This document shows, piece by piece, positions 20,328 to 30,363 of a DNA stretch of 64,000 nt. Under the pieces are notes generated by a model. The model searched no databases. It saw nothing but the letters and a program-made list of their open reading frames with translations, and was not told the DNA's origin. Source of the DNA: Thermodesulfovibrionales bacterium (lineage in GTDB: Bacteria > Nitrospirota > Thermodesulfovibrionia > Thermodesulfovibrionales > UBA6898). Each line of letters opens with the position of its first letter. The stretch's first letter is position 1. The stretch covers positions 1 through 64,000 of the forward strand of contig JBIOIY010000008.1 in the NCBI GenBank assembly GCA_044450345.1. The letters are read 5' to 3'. Made by a program: the position numbers and the translations under genes.

Positions 20328-21074
20328 ATGACCGGCAGAGAACAGCTCTATGAGACCATTACCCTTGCCGTTATCGTCTTGCTTGTGGATTTCTTCGAGC
20401 GAAGCAGCCCAGGATTTGCCGTCGACCGAAAACGAAATCTGCCGCTGAACATCATGGCTATCCTTGTGGTCGTTGTAGCGGGGGAGACATGGAAGATACT
20501 GCTGGCACACGGGTTTGATTTCCTCTCCCTGGGCAAGGCGCAATCCCTGCCGACTCTTCGCGGTCTTTCCGGCGCGGTCAAGATATTCTTAGGTGTCGTG
20601 CTCGCTGACTTCTGTCTCTACTGGGTTCACCGGGCGATGCATCGGCCAGCCCTCTGGCCCACTCATATCTTTCATCATTCCATAGAACAGCTCTGGTGGC
20701 TTTCGGGATCACGGACGAGCGCGACACACCTACTTCTTTTTGCCGTGCCGCAAATCTTTATCGTCAACTATCTCCTCGCCTTTACCCCGGAGGAGGCAGG
20801 CGTCGGTTTTTCCATTGGTGTAGTGGTCAATATCTGGATTCATGCAAACCTATGGGTGAACCTCGGACCTCTGGAGTGGCTGATCATCACCCCTAACTTC
20901 CACAGGATTCACCACGGTTCCCGGGGCCTTTCGAACACGAACCTCGGGTTCATCTTCACCCTCTGGGATCGCATCTTTGGAACCTATGTCGATCCGCGCC
21001 TGCAGGGGAAAGATTTTACCCTCGGCTACGCCTCAACACGCGGCCGCCTGCTACGGATGGCGGCGGGGTTCTGA
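20328..21074 (+). CDS. Sterol desaturase/fatty acid hydroxylase family membrane protein
   Basis: His boxes YWVHRAMH, HIFHHS, HAN, HRIHH; WDRIFGT. Confidence 0.9.
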   Translation: MTGREQLYETITLAVIVLLVDFFERSSPGFAVDRKRNLPLNIMAILVVVVAGETWKILLAHGFDFLSLGKAQSLPTLRGLSGAVKIFLGVVLADFCLYWVHRAMHRPALWPTHIFHHSIEQLWWLSGSRTSATHLLLFAVPQIFIVNYLLAFTPEEAGVGFSIGVVVNIWIHANLWVNLGPLEWLIITPNFHRIHHGSRGLSNTNLGFIFTLWDRIFGTYVDPRLQGKDFTLGYASTRGRLLRMAAGF

Positions 21075-21092
21075 GTCAAGACACACTAGCGC

Positions 21093-21194
21093 CGCCCGAC
21101 TTCCCGATCCGGATTAATGTATATACCCGAAAAACCTCATCAACTCGCCCGCTATCTCATCAAAGTGTCTGTTCATGCCTTCGGACCATTCCTC
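21093..21194 (-). repeat. Diverged copy of 25168-25269 (3' end and downstream flank of the sulfotransferase-like gene)
   Basis: 94/102 identical by manual alignment; EEWSEGMNRHFDEIAGELMRFFGYIH*. Confidence 0.92.
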
Positions 21195-21390
21195 TTTGGC
21201 ATGGGCAGGCCTTGTATATTTGTATTTGAAGGTCGACGGAAGAAACAACAGGCCGCTTTATAGGCTGCGCCTCTTCTCATTTCTTCCGAAAATCGATAAA
21301 AGTTTCGTCGACTAACACCTGTTGGTTCTCAGGTGTTAAAAAACTCTCAGCAGTTCTGACAGCATTAATTCCTTCTGGCCTGCGGTATTC

Positions 21391-22206
21391 TTATTCAGGG
21401 CTCTTTGATAACATAAAAAAGACGATCCCGATTCCAAGAAAGACCAGCATGAGAAATAGCGCAAAGTTTTTCCTGAAGAGGAGTTGACGGGAGAAGTCCT
21501 TTATTTGCGAGGCGATCTGGTCCAGCTTTTTTATGAACCCATCGGTCCTGTCCTTGATGAGAGAGACATCGACAGAATGAAAGAGAGTACGAAATTCGGC
21601 CTCGGTATTGAAGAGGGTTTTTTCCTGGTCCTCTGTAAACACTCCGGCCCGTTTAAGCTCCTTGATGCCTTCTTCTACGTCCCTTATCTTCTTTTCGGTC
21701 AAAAAGAGGGCCTGCTTCATCGTCTTGGCCCTTTCATACGTATGGCATTGCGTGCAACGCTTTTCATTGATTATGTCGATATCGGCCTTCTGTATCCCGT
21801 GAGATCCGTGGCAGGTGACGCAATTAGGCCCGCTTTGAGTTGATTGCAGCGCCTTCCCGTGACCGCCCTCCAGATAGTTTTTCAGAATTCCGATATGACA
21901 TTTTCCGCAGAATTGAGGGACCTCTGTATAGCCCGGTTTTCCTACGAAACCTTTCTCGGGTGACATTGCCGTATCAGCGTCCTTAGGGTCCCCGCCATGA
22001 CAGTTATGACAGGAGACATCATTTTGGTAATGCCAGCTCTTTCTCCATTCCGACGGAATAGACCTAAGACCGGGGTTCATCATATCGGAGTCATGACAGC
22101 CGAGACAGACTGTTTCTTCCTGCCCTCCGCCGCCCTGCGCAGACACCGCCGCCGTCACAAAAAAAATCATCACGGCTGTTATTAAAAGAGGAAGGCTATA
22201 TTTCAT
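21391..22206 (-). CDS. Pentaheme c-type cytochrome with signal peptide and C-terminal membrane anchor
   Basis: Five CxxCH motifs (CLGCH, CHNCH, CGKCH, CVTCH, CTQCH). Confidence 0.88.
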   Translation of the reverse strand: MKYSLPLLITAVMIFFVTAAVSAQGGGGQEETVCLGCHDSDMMNPGLRSIPSEWRKSWHYQNDVSCHNCHGGDPKDADTAMSPEKGFVGKPGYTEVPQFCGKCHIGILKNYLEGGHGKALQSTQSGPNCVTCHGSHGIQKADIDIINEKRCTQCHTYERAKTMKQALFLTEKKIRDVEEGIKELKRAGVFTEDQEKTLFNTEAEFRTLFHSVDVSLIKDRTDGFIKKLDQIASQIKDFSRQLLFRKNFALFLMLVFLGIGIVFFMLSKSPE

Positions 22207-23297
22207 GAATACCGTCCCCAGATCGTAAATGTAATCCACGTGAGTATTGACAGGATGACAAGTGTCCGCAGAAGAGGCCGCTTCAGGATATTCTCCTCTT
22301 CTTTTGTGTCGAAGAAAGGCCAAAGGATGAATAACGCCACAAGAACGATCTGTATGCTGATTCCGAGGAGTTTATTCGGAACGATCTTGAGCATCTGGTA
22401 AGGCGCCAGGAAGTACCATTCGGGTTTTATGTGCGCCGGGGTCTTAAACGGATCTGCCGGCGTATTGGCATCTTCGGGCAGAAAAAGAGTCGGCAGAAAG
22501 CTGATGATGAAAAACATCAGTACAAAATAGGCGGCCACCATACACATCTCTTTTTGCACAAAGTAAGGATAAAAAGGATGACCGCCGGCATGACTTTCAT
22601 GCCTGTATTGCGTCCAGGTTTTTTTTTCTTCACCGGATGTGCCGAAGGGGGGCGAAGAAATACCTATCCGTCTGATCAGAAAAAGATGTATCGCGACAAA
22701 AGACAGAAGGAGCAGGGGGAGAAAGGTGACGTGGAGCGCAAAGAACCTGTTCAGGGTTGTCCCGGAGACGGTTTCCCCGCCTCTTAACATCCGGGCAATG
22801 AATTCGCCCATATAAGGGAATGCGGTCGGTATGGTAGTGACAATGGTTGTTGCCCAATAGCTCAGCTGGCTCCAGGGAAGGAGATAACCGCTAAGGCAGA
22901 AGGTGAGGGTGGTAAGCAGCATAACCGATCCCACAACCCATGTCAGCTCCCTGGGCTTCTTATAGCTTCCCATAAAGAACACTGAGAGCATATGAAGTAA
23001 GACAACCGCCACCATAAGATTGCTTCCGACCGCATGCATCTGTCTGAAGAGCCAGCCGTAGGGGACCTTGTTCATAATATCCTGGACGCTCCTGAAGGCA
23101 TAGTCGGAATGGGGGACATAATAAATGAGGAGAAAAAACCCCGTGATGATCTGGGATATGAGGGCGGCGAGAGCGACGAAGCCGAGGGTATAAAAGATGT
23201 TGATATTCCTCGGGACCATATATTCGGTAAGCTGGGTCTTGATGAGTTCATCAAGTCCGATCCTTATTTCCAACCACTTTCTTATATTGCCTATCAT
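22203..23297 (-). CDS. Cytochrome b of a Rieske/cytochrome b complex
   Basis: GWLFRQMH, GYLLPW, RFFALH, PEWYFL. Confidence 0.93.
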   Translation of the reverse strand: MIGNIRKWLEIRIGLDELIKTQLTEYMVPRNINIFYTLGFVALAALISQIITGFFLLIYYVPHSDYAFRSVQDIMNKVPYGWLFRQMHAVGSNLMVAVVLLHMLSVFFMGSYKKPRELTWVVGSVMLLTTLTFCLSGYLLPWSQLSYWATTIVTTIPTAFPYMGEFIARMLRGGETVSGTTLNRFFALHVTFLPLLLLSFVAIHLFLIRRIGISSPPFGTSGEEKKTWTQYRHESHAGGHPFYPYFVQKEMCMVAAYFVLMFFIISFLPTLFLPEDANTPADPFKTPAHIKPEWYFLAPYQMLKIVPNKLLGISIQIVLVALFILWPFFDTKEEENILKRPLLRTLVILSILTWITFTIWGRYS

Positions 23298-23301
23298 ATA
23301 T

Positions 23302-23712
23302 TCACCCTATCAGGATTTCCTCTCCCTCCACCTTCACAGGGAACTTCCGGAGGGGTTTCGGCGGCGGACCGGAGACAACGTTCCCGTCGAGGGAATACAC
23401 TCCCGCATGACAGGGGCAGAGCAGCCTGCCTTTGATCTTGTCATATTCGACAAGACACCCGAGGTGGGTGCAGATTTTTGAAAGGACTATAAACCCCTTG
23501 TCGGGAGTATTGATAATAATCGACGGGATTTTGTTGACGACGATGTCTTTGGCAGACCCTGCAGGGACCTCACTCCTCTTAATAACGACCTTTTTGCCTT
23601 CCGCCTCCCCGCTCGGGGGAGCCAGAAATCTTACAAGGGGATAAATGAATGCAGCAAAAAGTGTTGTGCCGAGCAGAGCAAGCAGTGATTTTAAGAATCT
23701 TCGCCTATTCAT
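23302..23712 (-). CDS. Rieske 2Fe-2S protein with Tat signal
   Basis: NRRRFL; CTHLGC...CPCH; GPPPKPL. Confidence 0.93.
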   Translation of the reverse strand: MNRRRFLKSLLALLGTTLFAAFIYPLVRFLAPPSGEAEGKKVVIKRSEVPAGSAKDIVVNKIPSIIINTPDKGFIVLSKICTHLGCLVEYDKIKGRLLCPCHAGVYSLDGNVVSGPPPKPLRKFPVKVEGEEILIG

Positions 23713-23731
23713 CGTATTTCCGTTGTCCTGT

Positions 23732-23845
23732 ATGAAGAACCCTGTGGCAAGACCGCAGGGTATCTTAACGCAATGATGTCTTCTTTATCATATTCGCTCG
23801 CTAACCCCGCAGCAAGCAACGGGGAATGCGCGCTATCCGTTTCAA
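23732..23845. mobile_element. Non-autonomous two-hairpin element resembling IS200/IS605 ends
   Basis: ACCCTGTGGCAAGACCGCAGGGT and ACCCCGCAGCAAGCAACGGGG hairpins; related to 44569-44650. Confidence 0.55.
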
Positions 23846-23908
23846 CCTAAATAAAGTGTATGCTGACAAGGCTTACCTGTCAAATAACAGTCTCGCCTGA
23901 GAGAATTC

Positions 23909-23934
23909 AGGGCGAGGCAGCGCCTCGCCCCTAC
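23909..23934 (-). repeat. GTAG-family REP
   Basis: Minus strand GTAGGGGCGAGGCGCTGCCTCGCCCT; relative at 58828-58850. Confidence 0.75.
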
Positions 23935-24008
23935 ATGGTACTGCTGGACAACTTTTATCTTTCATCCGGATCAGGGCGCGTACCCAAAAAACCTCATTAT
24001 CCCGCCCG

Positions 24009-25055
24009 CTATACGGAAGTCTCCTCAGAGGGGACCACCTCTTTTTCAAGCCTCTCCTGCCCCCGGACAACCGTGATCTTGACCGGCTTGCCTGCGGGCC
24101 ATTCGCCCAGAAAGTGATGAATGTGGTCCACACTGCTGACCTCCTGGTCGTTGATGGCGACGATGAGATCGCCTTCCCTGATGCCGCTCTTTGCTGCAGG
24201 ACTGTCGAGCATAACCGACACAACCTCCACGGCAAAGTCGCTTTTCAGATTATGAAATCTGACCGCCCGCCTGCTGAGGGGCCGCTGCTGGGCAGTAATG
24301 CCCAGATATCCGCGACGCACCCTGCCATGGGTCAGCAACTGGGACACTACCCATTTGGCGGTGTTTGACGGAATGGAAAAACCGATACCTTGGGCCATCA
24401 TGATGATCGCCGTGTTTATGCCGACGATCAACCCTCCGGAATCGACCAGCGGGCCGCCCGAATTGCCGGGATTGAGAGGTGCGGTATGCTGAATGATGCT
24501 CTCGATGAGCCGTCCCTGTTGGCTTCGCAAGGCCCGGCCGAGCGCACTTACTACGCCTGTAGACACCGTGGACTGGAACCCAAACGGATTGCCTATGGCG
24601 ATGATCAACTGCCCCACACGCAGCAAGCCCGAATCGCCGAGTGTCGCATACGGCAGGCCCGAACCTTCGGCGCGGACCACCGCCAGGTCAGTATGCGGGT
24701 CGACGCCGACAAGCGTCGCCGGCAGCGTCGTCCCGTTCGTAAGCGTAACAGACAGTTGTCCCGCGTTATGGACGACATGATCATTGGTAAGGATGTAGCC
24801 GTCCGGAGCGATCAGAACGCCGGAGCCAGAGCCGATCCGTTGCGGTCCGTTCCCCGGGGACTGTATCCCGGCGTACACGGCGACAACCGCAGGCCCTACG
24901 GCGTCGACTACCGTGATGACCGCCCGCGAGTATGCGTCGAGAAGCTCCACCGCAGGCTTCTCATTTTCTTTTATCCTGCAGCGGTGCTCTTCGCCCTTTA
25001 CTTCCCCTTCGCCCTTGACGAGTTTCATTACACGTTGCAGAGATTCTTCGTCCAT
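24009..25055 (-). CDS. HtrA/DegP-like trypsin protease with a PDZ domain
   Basis: LTNDHV, DLAVV, NPGNSGGPL; no evident signal peptide. Confidence 0.92.
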   Translation of the reverse strand: MDEESLQRVMKLVKGEGEVKGEEHRCRIKENEKPAVELLDAYSRAVITVVDAVGPAVVAVYAGIQSPGNGPQRIGSGSGVLIAPDGYILTNDHVVHNAGQLSVTLTNGTTLPATLVGVDPHTDLAVVRAEGSGLPYATLGDSGLLRVGQLIIAIGNPFGFQSTVSTGVVSALGRALRSQQGRLIESIIQHTAPLNPGNSGGPLVDSGGLIVGINTAIIMMAQGIGFSIPSNTAKWVVSQLLTHGRVRRGYLGITAQQRPLSRRAVRFHNLKSDFAVEVVSVMLDSPAAKSGIREGDLIVAINDQEVSSVDHIHHFLGEWPAGKPVKITVVRGQERLEKEVVPSEETSV

Positions 25056-25188
25056 TCCTTACCACCCCTTCCAAGCAGATTGCAGTCTCGTACACTTTGA
25101 ATTCGTCTCTACTTCCAGAATAGCCGAAGTGAGATAATATTCAATCCCTGACACGTAAGAGAGGTCGCGCCCGACTTCCCGATCCGGA

Positions 25189-25890
25189 TTAATGTATGTA
25201 CCCGAATAACCTCATCATCCCGCCTGCTATCTCATCAAAGTCCCTGTTCATGCCGTCGGACCATTCCTCCTTAGGAGGCAACGCAAAAGACGGGTTTGCG
25301 TTGAGTCCTTTCTCCGCCAGGGTCCTATCCTCGATCCCCATCCCTGTAAACGCCCCGATCCTGTCGAGGGTTTCGGGTTCCCTCATATCCTCGACCTTAA
25401 CGATGAGCTTTCGGCTTTCGTGCACGGTCTTCAGGCCCTCTAAGGCCCGCGTGTTCCTGAAGACCCATATCCATGCATTCTTTTGAAAAGGAGTCATGGA
25501 CGGCCATTTTTCATAATAGGGATCGTCGCGAAGCGGGACTGTTCCAAACATATTTTGTTCATGCCACCTGCGACTTAGCGCAGATCTTACAAAATCTTTT
25601 CCGTTCCTTACCAAAAGAATTATCCTCGTAGAAGGGTCAAGCGCGTACAGGGCGTCGATAAAATAGATATAGAGATTCGATGAATCGATGAAGGTCCTGC
25701 GTTCTATCCCCTGGTGAAGATCGAGCATCGCCTCGATCCTTTTTTGGATGCTCCGGAAGGGGTCTGAGATAAGGGCGGCATTCAGGAAATATTTATCGAG
25801 CAGGTATTGCACCCTGAATTCGTGATGGCCTTTTAACATCCCTGCAAGTGTGGCGGTCCCGCACCTCCCCGTGCCTGTTATGATAAGCAT
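25189..25890 (-). CDS. Sulfotransferase-like P-loop protein
   Basis: ITGTGRCGT, LLVRNGKDFVRS. Confidence 0.75.
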   Translation of the reverse strand: MLIITGTGRCGTATLAGMLKGHHEFRVQYLLDKYFLNAALISDPFRSIQKRIEAMLDLHQGIERRTFIDSSNLYIYFIDALYALDPSTRIILLVRNGKDFVRSALSRRWHEQNMFGTVPLRDDPYYEKWPSMTPFQKNAWIWVFRNTRALEGLKTVHESRKLIVKVEDMREPETLDRIGAFTGMGIEDRTLAEKGLNANPSFALPPKEEWSDGMNRDFDEIAGGMMRLFGYIH

Positions 25891-26123
25891 TTTGTCTCCA
25901 TGTTACATCGATACCTCAACGCGTTTAAACGGTTTTCTCTACCCCTTCAAAAATCCTGCGCCGCAGTGCATATCTTTTTTTAATCAATGCCGGGCGCTGT
26001 TGTCAAGAACACCCGGACACTGTGGGTCAGATAACTTGGCACGGCGACGTTGCGGGAAACCTCTCCGGAGAGTTAATATATCTCCTTTCAATACCGACAA
26101 AGGACGCCAAGGAGAACGACTAA

Positions 26124-26786
26124 ATGGGAAAAGAAGAGGACCTTAAAACACAGTTGTTTGAATCTATCATAGACTGGATAAGGACAAACCATGCCGAGGC
26201 CATAGACAAGGCCTATACGTATTTCTGGGACGAGCATTCTCCGGATGAATTTCTGAAGGGCACCGCCCTGGCACTCGGATTCATCAATTTCGAGGACTGG
26301 CTCATCTTCGATTACAGGGTGAACGAGGAAAAGGAGACTTTTCTGGACATCTATCCCAGGGACAACAAAGACCTGAAGAAAGAAGAGCTTGCCCTGATCG
26401 GCACTATTAAAGGTTCTTTGCTGAGTCTCTACGAGGTACTCTCTGTTTCGAAGGACAAAAGGGTCCTCGTTAAAGACCTCCTGATGGGGGGTGAATTTTC
26501 CCTCCGGGACAAGGCCCTTGCCAAGGGACTCGAAAAGGGCCATATCTTCGCCACAAGACTCCTCACCCTCGATGGCAACAGTGTTATGAGCGGGTGCGTC
26601 TATCCGTACACCCCGGACAGGAAAAAGGCCGTCCTCGGTTTCGTAGACAAACAGTTCAAACGATATGTAAAAAATGTCGATCCGAAAGGTACGATGAAGG
26701 ATTATCTTAGGGATTACGGGGACGTCTTCAATCTTATCTGGCTGAATTTTATCCTCGAACACCGCGCCAAAGACAAACAATCATAA
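26124..26786 (+). CDS. Conserved hypothetical protein
   Basis: Long ORF with GGAG RBS; FEDWLIFDY, SLYEV. Confidence 0.75.
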   Translation: MGKEEDLKTQLFESIIDWIRTNHAEAIDKAYTYFWDEHSPDEFLKGTALALGFINFEDWLIFDYRVNEEKETFLDIYPRDNKDLKKEELALIGTIKGSLLSLYEVLSVSKDKRVLVKDLLMGGEFSLRDKALAKGLEKGHIFATRLLTLDGNSVMSGCVYPYTPDRKKAVLGFVDKQFKRYVKNVDPKGTMKDYLRDYGDVFNLIWLNFILEHRAKDKQS

Positions 26787-26839
26787 GGCAACAGCGGGAC
26801 AACAGAAACGACAGGCCTGCCGGCAGGACCCCCCTTAGG

Positions 26840-26922
26840 ATAACGCCCCCAGGCTCCCTGCCTGCCAAGCAGGCATGGCACCCCTCCCCCTCTTAAGATA
26901 AGAGGGGGTTAAGGGGAGTTAT
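26840..26922. repeat. REP-like element (CCCCTCTTA-TAAGAGGGG) with nested TGCCTGC-GCAGGCA mini-palindrome
   Basis: Outer ATAAC...GTTAT arms; inner hairpin 26859-26875. Confidence 0.8.
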
Positions 26923-26968
26923 GATTTCCGTAGAGGGGACAAAAAGGGGTGGCCTGTTCAGCCCATGG

Positions 26969-27160
26969 TTACTCTTCCACCATCTTTATGCATTCAACGG
27001 GGCAAGAATCAGCAGCCTCCTGGCAGTCGCAGGTCTCGCACCCCTTCGGGTTTATCACATACGCCTTGCCGTCCTCTTTTACCTTAAAGACATCCGGGCA
27101 TAGGGCTTCGCAGGTACCGCATCCTTCGCACGCATCGTAATCAACAACCGGTATCTTCAT
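26969..27160 (-). CDS. Ferredoxin
   Basis: CEGCGTCEALCPDVF...AADSCPVECI; GGAGG RBS. Confidence 0.92.
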   Translation of the reverse strand: MKIPVVDYDACEGCGTCEALCPDVFKVKEDGKAYVINPKGCETCDCQEAADSCPVECIKMVEE

Positions 27161-27234
27161 CTCATATCCTCCGTTTCTATAATAGTCCTATTCCTATTCT
27201 ATAACAATTTTCGGCCTGTCGCCACAACCCGGGA

Positions 27235-27345
27235 ATTTGGGTGGCGTCCTTATTTTGACGCTGCCCACATTTGGGAAGTGTCGTAAATTTTGACGCTGCC
27301 CACATTTGGATAGTGTCGTAAATTATGACACCACCCACATTTGGG
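27235..27345. repeat. Three tandem 34-35 bp palindromic units
   Basis: Unit approximately ATTTGGGAAGTGTCGTAAATTTTGACGCTGCCCAC at 27235, 27269, 27304. Confidence 0.9.
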
Positions 27346-27377
27346 AGAAGTATGCGCTTTTGTGATATAATGCCGCG

Positions 27378-28409
27378 ATGAATATCGGCAGACTTGTTAA
27401 AAAAGAGGTGTCCCGTCTCAGGGCATATAATGCGAAGGAGATACCCTGCAGGATAAAACTCGATGCAAATGAAAGCCCTTATGGCTTCAGCAGTGCGTTA
27501 AAGGCAGTAGGCGGACTCGAGACGAACAGGTATCCCGACCCCGAAGCCAGGATACTGAGAGGACTTCTTGCGAAAGACCTCGGCGTAAATAAAGATACGA
27601 TTTTGCAGGGTAACGGCTCGGACGAACTGATCTACTACCTCATCGCCACCTTCGGGGGACCGGTCCTCTATCCTGTGCCCACTTTTTCGATGTATGGAAT
27701 TATCGCTCAGGCGCTCGGTGAAAAAAATATCGGGGTCCCCCTGGACAGGGATTTCGGTCTAGACCTGGAAAAGATGATGGCTGCGATCAAAAGAGACAGA
27801 CCGAAACTTATATTCCTGAGCAGTCCCAACAACCCGACCGGCAACTGCTTTTCCGCGGAAAAAATATTGAACATTATCGAAAGATCGAAATGCATCGTCG
27901 TAGTCGACGAGGCGTATCAGCCTTTCGCCGGTAAAAAAGGCTTCCTCCCTCTTTTAAAGGACTACGAAAACCTCGTTATTATGAGGACGCTGAGCAAGAT
28001 CGGCCTGGCCGCCCTGCGGACCGGCTTTCTTATTGCCGATCGGCGAATAGTAAAAGAGGTCAATAAGGTAAGGCTTCCGTTCAATGTCAATTCTCTCTCG
28101 CAGTCGGTGGCAATAGCAGCGCTGAAGCAGAAAAAACAGCTGAACTCCTCCGTCAGGGCGATCATCGCCGAAAGAAAGAGGCTCTTTAGGGAGATGGATA
28201 AGATAAAAGGGATCAGGCCTTTTCCTTCCGAGGCGAACTTCATCCTGTTTTCCGTGAGGGACCCGGACAAGGTCTACGACTCACTTATTAAAAGGGGAAT
28301 CCTCGTGAGGAATATAAAGGACGCGGTCGGCGGATGCCTGAGGGTGACCGTCGGCAGGCCTGAAGAAAATACCGCCTTTTTAGTGGCTTTAAGGAAAATC
28401 GAACTATGA
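27378..28409 (+). CDS. hisC: Histidinol-phosphate aminotransferase
   Basis: LDANE, NRYPD, GNGSDE, PNNPTG, VDEAY, RTLSK. Confidence 0.95.
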   Translation: MNIGRLVKKEVSRLRAYNAKEIPCRIKLDANESPYGFSSALKAVGGLETNRYPDPEARILRGLLAKDLGVNKDTILQGNGSDELIYYLIATFGGPVLYPVPTFSMYGIIAQALGEKNIGVPLDRDFGLDLEKMMAAIKRDRPKLIFLSSPNNPTGNCFSAEKILNIIERSKCIVVVDEAYQPFAGKKGFLPLLKDYENLVIMRTLSKIGLAALRTGFLIADRRIVKEVNKVRLPFNVNSLSQSVAIAALKQKKQLNSSVRAIIAERKRLFREMDKIKGIRPFPSEANFILFSVRDPDKVYDSLIKRGILVRNIKDAVGGCLRVTVGRPEENTAFLVALRKIEL

Positions 28410-28437
28410 TATCCGCTGCTTTGGGAGGAGTGCTGAA

Positions 28438-29025
28438 ATGAGGAAGATCTCGGTTGAAAGAAAGACCAAAGAGACAGACATAAGGATAGAGATAAACCTG
28501 GACGGCACAGGCAGATACGCGATAGATACTTCTATCCCCTTTCTCGACCATATGCTTTCTCTTATGTCCAAGCACGGCCTTATCGACCTGAAAATAAAGG
28601 CGAAGGGGGACATTGAGATCGACGACCATCACACGGTTGAAGACACGGGGATAGTCCTCGGCAAGGCACTGAAGCAGGCGCTGGGGGACATGAGAGGGAT
28701 ACGCCGTTACGGCCAGGCCGCGGTGCCGATGGACGAAGCTCTCGCCGCGGTAAACCTCGATATGAGCGGCAGGCCCTTTCTCGTCTACAAGGTAGAATTT
28801 CCGAAGAAGAGCAAACTCAAGGATTTCGATCCCGACCTCGTCGAAGATTTTCTCCAGGCCTTCGTCAGCCACTCAGGGACCACGCTGCATGTATCGGTCC
28901 CTTACGGCAGGAATACCCATCACATAATCGAGGCGGTATTCAAGGCGCTCGGCAGGGCGTTGAGACAGGCGGTCGAGATCGACCCGCGTGTAAAAGGCGT
29001 GCCGTCGACAAAAGGAAAATTATAA
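28438..29025 (+). CDS. hisB: Imidazoleglycerol-phosphate dehydratase
   Basis: [27 protein letters not shown]. Confidence 0.97.
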   Translation: MRKISVERKTKETDIRIEINLDGTGRYAIDTSIPFLDHMLSLMSKHGLIDLKIKAKGDIEIDDHHTVEDTGIVLGKALKQALGDMRGIRRYGQAAVPMDEALAAVNLDMSGRPFLVYKVEFPKKSKLKDFDPDLVEDFLQAFVSHSGTTLHVSVPYGRNTHHIIEAVFKALGRALRQAVEIDPRVKGVPSTKGKL

Positions 29026-29079
29026 CCCTGAGACAAGGCCTTTCCCGGCCTGCTGCGTCATTATTCTGAAAAACATGTC

Positions 29080-29742
29080 ATGTCAAAAGAACTCGTACCA
29101 TTAGATGAGATCAAGTACGTCCTGCTCGACATGGACGGAACTTTGCTCGACAAGTACTTCGACGACTATTTCTGGGAACACCTTCTTCCGGAGAGATATG
29201 CCGGGGAAAGAAACATCACCTTCGGCAGGGCGAAGGAAGAATTGCTCCTGAAATATAAGGCACACGAAGGCACCCTGAACTGGACGGACATAGACTTCTG
29301 GTCCCGGGTGGTTGATATAGACATCCCCGCCCTTAAAGAGCAGATCAAACATCTCATCGAGGTCCATCCCCATGTGGAGGAATTCCTGAAGATGCTGAAA
29401 CGGCGCAAAAAGAAGGTCTTTCTCCTGACAAACGCCCATTATAAGGTCCTCGATATCAAACTGAAGAAGACCAGGATAGGAAGGTATTTTGACGCAACAG
29501 TGACGTCTTTTGAAATAGGCTATCCCAAGGAGATGCTGGAGTTTTGGAAAAAAGCCGAAAAGCGACTCGGCTTCGAGAAGGAGCAGTCCCTGTTCATCGA
29601 CGACACCAAGGCAGTGCTGAGGGCGGCAAAAAAATTCGGCATAAAATATATCCTTTATAAGTCGTTTTCGAGTTCGAGGCTGGAACCGGGCAATTCCGAG
29701 GAGTTCCCGTCACTTGACGATTTCCGGGAACTCATGCCTTAG
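29080..29742 (+). CDS. HAD hydrolase, YrfG-like nucleotidase
   Basis: LLDMDGTLLD, LTNAH, GYPKE, FIDD. Confidence 0.88.
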   Translation: MSKELVPLDEIKYVLLDMDGTLLDKYFDDYFWEHLLPERYAGERNITFGRAKEELLLKYKAHEGTLNWTDIDFWSRVVDIDIPALKEQIKHLIEVHPHVEEFLKMLKRRKKKVFLLTNAHYKVLDIKLKKTRIGRYFDATVTSFEIGYPKEMLEFWKKAEKRLGFEKEQSLFIDDTKAVLRAAKKFGIKYILYKSFSSSRLEPGNSEEFPSLDDFRELMP

Positions 29743-29770
29743 TCTGCAAAAAGAGCTATACTATATATGT

Positions 29771-30298
29771 ATGAAGAGCAGATTGAGAATGATACTCTTT
29801 TCCTTGGTCGCGGCCATAGCGCTTGCCGCAAGTTCCTGCGCCCTGGGCAACCGCCTGGATATGAAAACAGCCGCCGACAGCGACCTGACAGGAAGCTTTG
29901 ACCTTATCCTGTATGGCTGTACCTATCACGACGATTTTGAAACGGTCGCCATCCTTGCAAAGGAAGACGGGCCGTATGTCTTCGAGCCCTATGCCCCTGA
30001 TTTTAATTACCGCGTAGTAAAGGGTGTCCCGGCAAAGGACGCCCTGGACCAGGCCCAAAAGTTTGTAGATTGCCACACCGCATACCACAGGGCCCAGTTG
30101 AGCAGACTTGTCGATGCAAAGGGGGATACGCTCGGGTTCGAGGTCAGGCCCCTCTATCATCCTTTTGTCTTCGGCGTTGACGACGCCCTTGACACGGATT
30201 ACAGGATCAAGGACGGCAAAGTAGTTGTAAAGATAAGGCTTTTGCCTTCTATAGAAAATATGCTCAGCGGCGGGGGTAGCGGGCGAGACAAGGACTAA
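29771..30298 (+). CDS. Putative lipoprotein
   Basis: Signal peptide with lipobox-like ASSC. Confidence 0.7.
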   Translation: MKSRLRMILFSLVAAIALAASSCALGNRLDMKTAADSDLTGSFDLILYGCTYHDDFETVAILAKEDGPYVFEPYAPDFNYRVVKGVPAKDALDQAQKFVDCHTAYHRAQLSRLVDAKGDTLGFEVRPLYHPFVFGVDDALDTDYRIKDGKVVVKIRLLPSIENMLSGGGSGRDKD

Positions 30299-30363
30299 GA
30301 GAACCTTCCGCACGATGTCCCGGGTCCGGCGTGTAGACAGGGAAGGTTTACATCTGGTATTTT

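Noticed and set aside
21093..25269. Diversity-generating retroelement TR/VR pair (also considered for the 10-11 kb and 17/58 kb repeats)
   Set aside because: Mismatches are not adenine-specific on either strand, and no reverse transcriptase is in the window
26037..26053. Sigma54 promoter TGGCAC...TTGC
   Set aside because: Spacing is 7 nt rather than the required 5
27235..27345. CRISPR array
   Set aside because: Units are contiguous with no unique spacers, and no cas genes are present
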